NCBI GenBank assembly: GCA_965248535.1 | Contig: CBDFJR010000002.1 | Span: forward strand, 1,600,001 to 1,664,000 | Origin: Phormidesmis sp. | GTDB lineage: Bacteria; Cyanobacteriota; Cyanobacteriia; Leptolyngbyales; Leptolyngbyaceae | Length of the DNA stretch: 64,000 bases | Direction: 5' to 3' | In this document: piece after piece, positions 33,725 through 42,060 of the stretch | Layout of the letters: each line of letters starts with the position of its first letter | How positions within the stretch are numbered: position 1 is the stretch's first letter | The notes under the pieces: model-generated | What the model saw: the letters and a program-made list of their open reading frames with translations, nothing else | Told to the model about the DNA's origin: nothing | Database searches by the model: none | Made by a program: the position numbers and the translations under genes

Positions 33725-34309
33725 ATGGATATTCGGTTTGCCGCTTCTCAATCTGTTGAAATTGTCGTTCCAGAACAGCCGATTCCGATCGCTCACTATT
33801 TGCGCCAGCCTCAGCGAGTGGTGAACGCCCTTGCCGCTTCTAGCCGCATCGAACCGTTGAGTGAGGAGCGGTTTCGTCTCACGATGCGTCCGTTAAACTT
33901 CATGTCTCTCAGCATTCAGCCCACTGTGGATATGCAGGTATGGGCAGATTCCAGTGCAGCAATCAACGTGAAGTCGATCGCCTGTGAGATTCGAGGTGTT
34001 GACTATATTAACCAGCGCTTTTCGCTCAATCTGGTGGGTCAGCTTTATCCGACTCAGGTCAATCAAACGACTTATTTGAAAGGAAAAGCTGATCTAGAGG
34101 TGCAAGTCGAGTTGCCGCCCCCTTTTTTACTAACCCCTAGACCGCTGTTAGAAAGAGCAGGAAACGGACTGCTGCTAAGCGTTTTGAGCACCATCAAACA
34201 GAGATTGCTGCATCAACTTTTGCTTGATTATCGAACTTGGGCCACGAGTCAGGTAGACGTAGAAGCTCCAAGACCGCTTATTTTCCCGATCAATCACCCT
34301 GCTTCTTAG
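33725..34309 (+). CDS. DUF1997-like conserved cyanobacterial protein
   Basis: HYLRQPQR, ADLEVQVELPPPF, GNGLL..VL..IKQRL pattern; usual neighbour of pheA/rnhB. Confidence 0.8.
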   Translation: MDIRFAASQSVEIVVPEQPIPIAHYLRQPQRVVNALAASSRIEPLSEERFRLTMRPLNFMSLSIQPTVDMQVWADSSAAINVKSIACEIRGVDYINQRFSLNLVGQLYPTQVNQTTYLKGKADLEVQVELPPPFLLTPRPLLERAGNGLLLSVLSTIKQRLLHQLLLDYRTWATSQVDVEAPRPLIFPINHPAS

Positions 34310-34333
34310 TGATTTGGAACCGCGATCGCTGCC

Positions 34334-34960
34334 TCACTTTAGCCGCAGCAGCGCCTTTTGAATCGGGGCATAACTGTGGCGATGAACAGGCGTAACGCCG
34401 AGTTGCTCGATCGCGCTCAAATGTTCTTTTGTACCGTAGCCAGCATTGCGCTCCCAGCCATAGCCAGGATAGCGCTTTGCCAAACGGGTTAAAAATCGAT
34501 CGCGGCGCACTTTTGCGATAATCGACGCGCAGGCAATGGCGTAGGAAGACGCATCTCCATCGACGATCGCGGTGTGCGCTCCCAAATCGGCTTGCTTGAT
34601 TTCGCGTCCATCAATCAAGGCATGGTCAATGGGCTGAACGCGACGTAGCGATCGCTGCATGGCTAGATGAGAGGCCCTGAGCACGTTAAACTGCTCGATT
34701 TCTGCAACCGTAGCAATGCCGACTCCTACCGATGTGGCTTGACTGAGAATTTGAGCAAACAGGCGACCGCGCTGGGCAGCCGAGAGAAGTTTAGAATCAC
34801 GAACCCCAACGATCATGGGGCAATGAGCCGGAAGCACCACGGCAGCGGCCACGATCGGGCCACATAAACTTCCCAGTCCCGCCTCGTCTACGCCTGCAAT
34901 TTGCAGGATTCCCTGCTGCCAAAACGCTTGCTCAACCTCCAAGCCTGGATTTTTTGCCAT
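34334..34960 (-). CDS. rnhB: Ribonuclease HII
   Basis: AGVDEAG, VRDSKLL, LIDG, DGD, IACASIIAKVRRD, NAGYGT, HRHSY; downstream of rne. Confidence 0.93.
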   Translation of the reverse strand: MAKNPGLEVEQAFWQQGILQIAGVDEAGLGSLCGPIVAAAVVLPAHCPMIVGVRDSKLLSAAQRGRLFAQILSQATSVGVGIATVAEIEQFNVLRASHLAMQRSLRRVQPIDHALIDGREIKQADLGAHTAIVDGDASSYAIACASIIAKVRRDRFLTRLAKRYPGYGWERNAGYGTKEHLSAIEQLGVTPVHRHSYAPIQKALLRLK

Positions 34961-35028
34961 ACCGCTGACCCCATTGCAGACCTCAGAGGGTGAATCTCAG
35001 CCACGCCCAGACTCACCCCAGGAAAATG

Positions 35029-37182
35029 CTACTCACCCGTTGTTGCAGAAGATCGACGGCGACGGCGACGGGTCACAAGCGTCTCTTCTTCCGGCTCAGA
35101 GGCAGGTTGCGCCTCTAAGATTGGTTCTGAAATCGGCTCTGAGATCGGTTCCGAGGGAGTCTCTGGGATAAGGTCAGCAATCAAGGGAGGAGCATCAACC
35201 ACTTTAGTAGACGGCTTTTTCCGAACCTTCAAAGAGAGCGATTCAGAGTTTTGTGAAGGAGCCACTTCAGCATCTAGGGCCAAGTCTTCGTCTTCGGTCG
35301 TCGCAACTTCGGCTGTCGAGGCGGGTGGTGGGGGAGGAGCTTGCCCTGGTAGAGTCACAAAAATGTTTGCCGACTTCGGATTTTTTAGCTCTTGAGTGGT
35401 GAGCACGATCGGAGAAATTCCCATCCAGGCGTAAACATCTTGCTCATCTGGAGTCATCTCAACGTAGATCGACTCAGGAGGCTCAACCGCCGACTTAACC
35501 CCGCCGCGTCGAGGCAAGCGACCGCGTTTATCTTCAGCGGGTCTGACCTCCTTTGCAGCCGAAAACTCTTCAACCTCTGGAGACGGTGGTTCAGAAAGCG
35601 GTTCCGCTCTCGAAGCGACAGGCACGATCGGCGCAGGCGTGGGCGTAGATCGAGTGGGTTCTTCCCAAGGAGCAGTCTTGGCACTCGTGACTTCTCTCGT
35701 GGTTGGGCCTTCGACGCGACGGCGACGGCGACGGTTGGCCCCGCCTCGGCCCCGTTCTTGATAGCTGGGGTGGTTGAGTAACTCTAGATCCTGGTCGCCA
35801 TTGTCTCCGTCTGCATCATCCCCTTCCCAAAACAAGTCGTTTGCCGCAGGAAGCTCTCGACGCGGCTCTGGAAGCCGACGGCTCTCACGATTTTCTCTCA
35901 GCGAGACTGCCGATCGTTCCAGGCTTTCCCCTTCGTCATCGTGTGATTCTCCGGGCAAGTGAGCCAAAAGCCCCAATCCGCCACAGGTTGCACAAGGGCG
36001 ACCAAACAATTCATAGATATTCTTACCCTGACGTTTGCGGGTCAATTCAACCAGCCCCAGTTCTGAAAGCTGGGAGATTTGCGGCTTAGACTTATCGGCT
36101 CTCAGGGCTTTATTGAAGTGTTCGAGCACTTGCAGTTGGTCACGCCGAGCATCCATATCGATGAAGTCTACAATGATCACCCCGGCAATATTTCTCAACC
36201 GCAGTTGACGAGCAATCTCGGTTGCCGCTTCGCAGTTAGTCCAGAGAACGGTTTCGCGGGCGGTTGCCGATCGGGTAAACGAGCCAGAGTTTACGTCAAT
36301 GACGGTTAAAGCCTCAGTGCGCTCGATAATAATATATCCGCCAGAAGGCAAGTCTACTCTAGGCTTCAGCGCTTCACGAATGGCGGCATTCACCCGAAAA
36401 TATTCTAAAATCGGAATCCGTTCCCGGTGATGGTCGATCAGCACACCTTGAGGAGACTTGCCGCCGCCCCAGTTGACCAGTTGTTGTTTAACCCGTTTCA
36501 GCCCCGTGTGCGAATCGACCACGATCCGATTGACATCTGAGCTATAGACATCTCGCAGCACCCGTTGAATAAAGTCATCGTCGCGGTTTAGCAGCGCCGG
36601 GGCACGAGTAGAACCTGCTTCTTGCAGAATAGATTCCCACTGCCGTTGCAGCGTTTCTAGATCCTCAATAATGGCCTCTTCAGGCATTGCCTCAGCTTCA
36701 GTGCGAACTACTAGCCCCATTCCAGCAGGTTTGACCAGAATAGCCAACGCCCTCAGACGGTTTCGCTCATTCTCGCTGCGGATACGCCGTGACAGATTAA
36801 CGCCGCGACCATAAGGCATTAAAACCAGATAGCGTCCAGGTAGGGAAACATTGCCTGTTAGACGAGGGCCCTTGTTGCCCGTGGGTTCTTTCATCACCTG
36901 CACAAGGACTTTTTGCTGAGGAGCCAGTAGCTCAGTGATCGAGCCAGCCGCCCGCTTCAACCGCAAAGGGCCTAAATCGCTGACGTGAATGAACCCGTTT
37001 CGCTCTGCGTCTCCAATATTAACGAAGGCTGCATCTATCCCAGGCAGGACATTCTCAACAATTCCTAAATAAATATCGCTAACCTGGTGGCTGCCCGTTG
37101 CTACGATAATTTCTTGAATCTGATCTTCTGAAAAAACAGCAGCAATTCTATGCTGTTCAGCGATAACAATCTGCTTGGTCAT
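35029..37182 (-). CDS. rne: Ribonuclease E
   Basis: S1 domain, IDVNSG, RNIAGVIIVDFIDM, CxxC Zn-link, disordered C-terminus ending in the RRRRRRSSA motif. Confidence 0.97.
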   Translation of the reverse strand: MTKQIVIAEQHRIAAVFSEDQIQEIIVATGSHQVSDIYLGIVENVLPGIDAAFVNIGDAERNGFIHVSDLGPLRLKRAAGSITELLAPQQKVLVQVMKEPTGNKGPRLTGNVSLPGRYLVLMPYGRGVNLSRRIRSENERNRLRALAILVKPAGMGLVVRTEAEAMPEEAIIEDLETLQRQWESILQEAGSTRAPALLNRDDDFIQRVLRDVYSSDVNRIVVDSHTGLKRVKQQLVNWGGGKSPQGVLIDHHRERIPILEYFRVNAAIREALKPRVDLPSGGYIIIERTEALTVIDVNSGSFTRSATARETVLWTNCEAATEIARQLRLRNIAGVIIVDFIDMDARRDQLQVLEHFNKALRADKSKPQISQLSELGLVELTRKRQGKNIYELFGRPCATCGGLGLLAHLPGESHDDEGESLERSAVSLRENRESRRLPEPRRELPAANDLFWEGDDADGDNGDQDLELLNHPSYQERGRGGANRRRRRRVEGPTTREVTSAKTAPWEEPTRSTPTPAPIVPVASRAEPLSEPPSPEVEEFSAAKEVRPAEDKRGRLPRRGGVKSAVEPPESIYVEMTPDEQDVYAWMGISPIVLTTQELKNPKSANIFVTLPGQAPPPPPASTAEVATTEDEDLALDAEVAPSQNSESLSLKVRKKPSTKVVDAPPLIADLIPETPSEPISEPISEPILEAQPASEPEEETLVTRRRRRRSSATTGE

Positions 37183-37540
37183 TCAATTTCCTCAAAGTTG
37201 GGAGCGGTGAGGGCATCGAAGTTCTTGCGCCTCTCGCTTTTTTCTTAAATTTTGTGAGCTAAACTTTTAACGCCACCTATCTCTAGAAGCGGTCAGCGGT
37301 TTGAGATTTACAAAACCCTCAACCTCAAACCCGGCGCTTCAGTGTCAGACGAGTCAATTCACAAGCTGCGATCTGTCGAGCAGTTTAATTCGTCACTAAA
37401 CGAACTAAACCTGGCATACAGATCAACGATGAGCGGAAAGTCTAGCAAGAGGTAAGTTGCGTCTGGCATCTAATGCAGTTTACCCGGCGGCAACCACGGG
37501 AAACTGTAGTCCACAACGGCCTCTGATGCAAAGCATTATA
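37183..37540 (-). promoter_or_regulatory. rne promoter (-10 TATAAT at 37540-37535) and ~345 nt 5' UTR
   Basis: ATTATA on the + strand at 37535-37540; ORF-free gap down to the rne ATG. Confidence 0.55.
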
Positions 37541-37659
37541 GCGTGCAGATATGACTCTGCCACCAATTTTAGAGAATTTGCTGAGATTTAGCCGAATTTT
37601 CGAGGATGAACGAAATTTTCGGCTACGTTGAAGACCCTGACTTTTACTGAGAGGCTGAT

Positions 37660-40263
37660 TTAATCGCTCGACAAAATCAGGTGATTTCGATGGGTTTGCA
37701 GCAGTCGCAATTCTTGCTGTGAAGCCTGTTCTATCAGATAGATAACGTGGTCAGGGCGCAGCAGAGTTCCATCATTGCGACAACTTCCGATGTATCGAAA
37801 CACAGCTTGCACGTCGTTGACTTCTATTAATGTCAGGTCAAAGAGCCGATCGCGCAGGTTGATCGATTGCACTTTTCCTGATTTTGTCGTCTGCTCAAAC
37901 CAGATTTCTGCTGCTGCTTTGATGGAGTCAATCCACCTCTGCCATTGAGTCGCAGAGGCTGTTTGGGTAAAATCAACGGTGATTTGATACTCTGCTTTCT
38001 CTAGAAGTTGAGTGGCGGCAGGGGCGGTGATCGCTACAGATTCAACGCTATAAATCGGAATCTCGGACGGTAGCTTGGCAGCAAGCCGCTCCCAAAAAAT
38101 CTTGGGTTCCATGATTTCGGTTAACTCAAAATCTACAATTTCGCCAGAGCTAGTGGTGCCTAACGGCAAGGCGTTGGCAGAGACAATGCGGGGCGCAGGG
38201 TGAAACCCGCCTGAAAATGTGATGGGCAATGATGCACGACGCACGGCACGATCGAACAGTCTCATCAAGTCTAGATGGCTGATCAGCGCCATCTCGCCCA
38301 CTTTGCCTAACCGAACTCTGAGGCGCTGCGATCGCTGCTGGTTGGGTTTAAAATGCCCGGCAAACTGAGGAATTGGCAGCGGCGGAACTACGACATTATG
38401 TCCAAAATCTACCCCACACACGCCACAGTGAGAGCAGCCTTCAAAGGAGCAATCTGGCACGATCGCTGCTTCTAATGCCCGCTGCAAGTCATCTTTAAGC
38501 CACTGTTTATCAATGCCTGTGTCCAAGTGATCCCACGGGAGCGACCGATCCAGAAAAGAATCGGAGGTGGATTGATCGGCCCCATCTTCACTTTTTTCAA
38601 AAACGTTCCATTCACCGCTTTCAACTTGGCGATATTTCCAAGTCAAGCCCGACTCCTCGATCGCCTGTGTCCAGGCTGAAAAGGCTTGATCGAGGCTTTC
38701 CCACCAGGCATCCATGCCTGCGCCAAGTTCCCAAGCGCGCCGAACCACAGATGACAAGCGACGATCGCCACGACCGACAAAATCTTCCATTGCCGAGATG
38801 CGAACGTCAGTGAAATTAATTTTTACCCCGCGCAGACCATAAAAAGCTGCTTTTAAAAGCCCTTGTTTCCGCTTGAACTCAGTCGTAGAAACCGAGTGCC
38901 ACTGAAAAGGAGTGTGGGGTTTGGGCGTGAAGTTAGAAATCGTGACGTTGAAATCTAGTCGTCGTCTGCCCTGCTTACTGCATTCTTGTCTGAGCCAGCG
39001 CATGGTTTCAACAATGCCCAACACATCCACATCGGTTTCACCCGGCAGACCAATCATAAAATAGAGCTTGATTTTATCCCAACCCTGTTCGACCGCCGTC
39101 TTGACCCCTCGCAGCAGTTCCTCATTGGTCAACCCCTTATTTACGATGTCTCGCATTCGCTGAGTGCCTGCTTCGGGGGCGAAGGTGATGCCACCCTGAC
39201 GGGTGCCGCCGATGATGTTGGCAATGTTTTCATCGAAGCGATCGACGCGTTGACTGGGCAGGGTTAGGGTAATGTTTTCGTCTTTGAGCCGATTTTTGAT
39301 CTCCATGCCGACGGCAGGCAGCGCTAGATAATCCGAACAGCTTAGAGACAGTAGCGAGAATTCGTTATACCCGGTCTCGCGCATCCCTTGCTCGATCGCT
39401 TCAACGACCTGTTCTGGCTCGACATCTCTGGCCGGGCGAGTCAGCATTCCGGGTTGGCAAAAGCGACAGCCCCGCGTGCAGCCCCGACGAATTTCAATCG
39501 TTAAGCGATCGTGCACCGTTTCGACATAGGGAACCAGCCCGATCGAGTAGGCAGGTAGGGGGTCAGCGACCCGGCGCAAAATTCGTATCGGGACATCAGA
39601 GCGATTGGGGTGCACTGAGCCATCGTCGGCCATGTCATAAAACTGAGGCACATAAACCCCAGGTATCTGGGCCAAATCTAGGAGCAGTTCTTCACGGCTC
39701 AACTGGCTGGCTTTTCCTTCTTCTAAAATCAGTCCAATTTCTGGCAGCAGTTCTTCGCCGTCTCCCATCGCGATGAAGTCAAAGAAGTCGGCGTAGGGTT
39801 CGGGGTTAGAGGTGGCGGTTTGTCCGCCTGCAAAAATTAGCGGATAGGACTGGTTCGCCCGATCGCGCCAGGTTAAAGGAATGCCCGCTAGATCGAGCAT
39901 TTCTAGAATGTTGGTGGCTCCTAGCTCATAGCTGAGACTAAAGCCGAGAATATCAAACTCCGTCAGCGATCGCCGTGACTCAACCGCAAAGAGAGGGGTT
40001 TGAGTCGCTTTGAGCTTCAGGGCTAGGTCAGGGGCAGGCAGATAAGCCCGATCGCACAACTGACGCGGCTGGGCATTGAGAATGCTATAGAGAATGATGT
40101 GCCCAAGATTGGATGCCCCAACTTCATAGACCTCAGGGTAAGTCAAGACCCACCGCACGGTGGCGGCTTCCCAGGGTTTATGGATGGCACCTAGCTCATT
40201 GCCTAAATATCGAGCCGGACGCAAGATATCAGGAGTCAGTAACGCTTCGACTGCAACTGCCAC
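37660..40263 (-). CDS. TIGR03960-type B12-binding radical SAM protein fused to a TIGR03936-type C-terminal domain
   Basis: PARYLGNE, RGCTRGCRFC (CxxxCxxC), FAPEAGTQR, C-terminal ISHLDL..LFDRAVRRA.LPI.FSGGFHP. Confidence 0.9.
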   Translation of the reverse strand: MAVAVEALLTPDILRPARYLGNELGAIHKPWEAATVRWVLTYPEVYEVGASNLGHIILYSILNAQPRQLCDRAYLPAPDLALKLKATQTPLFAVESRRSLTEFDILGFSLSYELGATNILEMLDLAGIPLTWRDRANQSYPLIFAGGQTATSNPEPYADFFDFIAMGDGEELLPEIGLILEEGKASQLSREELLLDLAQIPGVYVPQFYDMADDGSVHPNRSDVPIRILRRVADPLPAYSIGLVPYVETVHDRLTIEIRRGCTRGCRFCQPGMLTRPARDVEPEQVVEAIEQGMRETGYNEFSLLSLSCSDYLALPAVGMEIKNRLKDENITLTLPSQRVDRFDENIANIIGGTRQGGITFAPEAGTQRMRDIVNKGLTNEELLRGVKTAVEQGWDKIKLYFMIGLPGETDVDVLGIVETMRWLRQECSKQGRRRLDFNVTISNFTPKPHTPFQWHSVSTTEFKRKQGLLKAAFYGLRGVKINFTDVRISAMEDFVGRGDRRLSSVVRRAWELGAGMDAWWESLDQAFSAWTQAIEESGLTWKYRQVESGEWNVFEKSEDGADQSTSDSFLDRSLPWDHLDTGIDKQWLKDDLQRALEAAIVPDCSFEGCSHCGVCGVDFGHNVVVPPLPIPQFAGHFKPNQQRSQRLRVRLGKVGEMALISHLDLMRLFDRAVRRASLPITFSGGFHPAPRIVSANALPLGTTSSGEIVDFELTEIMEPKIFWERLAAKLPSEIPIYSVESVAITAPAATQLLEKAEYQITVDFTQTASATQWQRWIDSIKAAAEIWFEQTTKSGKVQSINLRDRLFDLTLIEVNDVQAVFRYIGSCRNDGTLLRPDHVIYLIEQASQQELRLLQTHRNHLILSSD

Positions 40264-40386
40264 GGTTCACTACCTTGCTTTAGGTCTGAAGAGATCAACA
40301 CTTCAGTATACTGAAGTTCTAGCAAGGTGATTGACCGCAGGGTCGCTTTAGAAGCCGCTAGAGCCGCGTCAAGTGGGCTGAAGCCG

Positions 40387-40719
40387 TTAGGTTGTTGCCC
40401 CAAATGCGGCTGAGTCATCGAAGATCTCAAACACGCGGTCTAGTTGAGTTAATTCAAAAATAATCCGAATCGAAGCAGACATAGAGCACAGGCTAAACCG
40501 CTTGTTTTGCTTTTGAGCCAGACTCAGCGTAGAAACCAGCACCATCAGGCCAGCACTGTCTAAAGATTCGACATCGCGCAGGTCTACCATCAGAGCCGAG
40601 GTTTGCTCTGATGTCACTGCGATCGCTAGCTGAGTTTGGAGCGCCGACGCATTGGCTGCATTGACATATCCTTGGGGACAAATGACGATGGTTTGAGGAC
40701 GAACGAGCACGCTCTGCAT
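40387..40719 (-). CDS. STAS-domain anti-sigma-factor antagonist
   Basis: VDLRDVESLDSAGL, IFELTQLDRVFEI. Confidence 0.92.
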   Translation of the reverse strand: MQSVLVRPQTIVICPQGYVNAANASALQTQLAIAVTSEQTSALMVDLRDVESLDSAGLMVLVSTLSLAQKQNKRFSLCSMSASIRIIFELTQLDRVFEIFDDSAAFGATT

Positions 40720-40878
40720 TATCTGAATCCCTTGGTTTCTAAATTAAAGAACTTGATGCCGACGCTCTGACAATAACCGCACATCGATCGCAGCGCATCC
40801 CTCAACTACATCGTTTCGCGAAATCTTTATTAGATAAACCCTATTGTTTAAACTTTTCAGTAAGCTCAGTCAGATTAA

Positions 40879-40894
40879 TGTATAAACCCATACA
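40879..40894. promoter_or_regulatory. NtcA binding site in the divergent STAS / omegaRNA-small gene region
   Basis: TGTA-TAAACCCA-TACA, a perfect TGTA-N8-TACA; no canonically spaced -10 box found. Confidence 0.55.
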
Positions 40895-41030
40895 AAATCG
40901 CAGAACTAACTCAACACCGAGACTACCCTAGAAACTTGGTGACTTAAATCACCTTAAATCTACCTGTTAGATCACTTTAGAAGTGAACCAACAGATAGAC
41001 AATCTTAGTCACGGAGTCGTCACAACTTTT

Positions 41031-41272
41031 GTCACTGACCCCGCACTAAAGTGACGGGGATTGGGTAGTCAGACTCAAGTTAAATCAAAGACCAGGGCAT
41101 TCGAGCAAACCGTTAGGGCAGACTTCCGATACTTACTTCGTTCGGATTCACTCTCAGCCCTCTCATTCAGGGCATTGGGTTGAGCGCTGACTGCGCCAAG
41201 ACGGGTTTCCCGTCCTAGGCAAGTGAGCAAGATAACCAAGACATCTTACGGTTTGTGCCCGAAAGGACTTCG
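41031..41272 (+). ncRNA. omegaRNA (HEARO-like) scaffold; the guide would be the ~16-20 nt immediately upstream
   Basis: Multiple stems visible, and sequence blocks resemble recalled cyanobacterial RRXRR (IscB/IsrB)-associated RNAs; 3' end approximate. Confidence 0.7.
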
Positions 41273-41406
41273 ACGAGTTTGCTGGATCTCGGATTGGTCA
41301 GCGTCTAAAATCCAGTCCCCATTAGGGGTAGGCGACGCAAGCCGCCAGTGCGTTTTTCCTCTGCGATTTGAAGAGACATCGTTTCTAAACGTATTAGGAG
41401 TTTCTG
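41031..41406 (+). mobile_element. Non-autonomous IS200/IS605 (IscB/IsrB-type) element consisting only of an omegaRNA/HEARO-like scaffold
   Basis: Starts GTCACTGA followed by the end hairpin CCCCGCAC-TAAA-GTGACGGGG; TCCGA..TCGGA hairpin; long-range pairing GGGCA/CAAACCGT with ACGGTTTG/TGCCC; CCAAGACATC and CGAAAGGACTT blocks; TTCCTC..TGAAG..GTTTC right-end-like block ending at ATGA; no IscB or TnpA ORF. Confidence 0.75.
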
Positions 41407-41601
41407 ATGAAAACTAGTGAGATCATTCGTCAATTGGTGGGAAAAGCACTTTACTTTAAGTGCCTGACCCCTGATATCGAGAACGAAATCAATTATGAAC
41501 TGACCCGGCAAGGACACATTTCTGACGTAGATTATGAAGCGCTTGAGCTTCTGATGGCTGAGATGGATGCAGGTCGAATTCGGCTAGTGCCCAGTTCTTA
41601 G
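41407..41601 (+). CDS. Small conserved-type cyanobacterial hypothetical protein (64 aa)
   Basis: AGGAG RBS 6 nt upstream; IRQLV.KAL...LTP..E..I...DYEALELLM....GRI pattern of a small cyanobacterial family. Confidence 0.8.
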   Translation: MKTSEIIRQLVGKALYFKCLTPDIENEINYELTRQGHISDVDYEALELLMAEMDAGRIRLVPSS

Positions 41602-41619
41602 GGTCTAAACCTGAGAAAT

Positions 41620-42060
41620 CTATAAACCGTGCTCCTCCCTTGACGATCGCGTTTTATTTCCACTGTTAGAAAAAGCATCAGGGTGACATTGGCAGAGTTG
41701 ATGAATGAACTCGCGAAGCTGGCGGTGAGCCGCTATTGCTTGAGGAGTCGAGCTAGTAAGTTCATCTAGACCATAGAGAGACGACAGCACAGGGATAGCT
41801 TCAACATCCAAAGCGGGACGAAAGAGAACGATCGGTAACAATAAGTCTGACCCTTGCCGTAAATCATGCCAGTCGGGTGTTGACTGCGATGAATCTATCA
41901 CCAAAACTAGAGGACGGGCCCAGCATAAGCGTCGAGCCTCCACAATTTGCACGACTTCAGCATAGAGGTGAGTTGCGTCAAGCTCAAGACAGACAATCTG
42001 TGAAGGCTGAAACTGAACGCTCCAGGCTTTTGCCGCTTGAGGGTGTGAATCCAGATCCAT
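41620..42060 (-). CDS. Hypothetical protein (cyanobacterial)
   Basis: FQPSQIVCLE...LYAEVVQIV..R.LCWARPL...DLRQGSDLLLP..LFRPALD.E; coherent 146-aa ORF. Confidence 0.75.
   Translation of the reverse strand: MDLDSHPQAAKAWSVQFQPSQIVCLELDATHLYAEVVQIVEARRLCWARPLVLVIDSSQSTPDWHDLRQGSDLLLPIVLFRPALDVEAIPVLSSLYGLDELTSSTPQAIAAHRQLREFIHQLCQCHPDAFSNSGNKTRSSREEHGL

Noticed and set aside
41223..41517. ORF-track ORFs 41223-41417 (+) and 41305-41517 (-) as possible IscB/TnpB remnants
   Set aside because: No PLMP/RRXRR, RuvC or HNH motifs; they overlap the structured RNA and the real small gene
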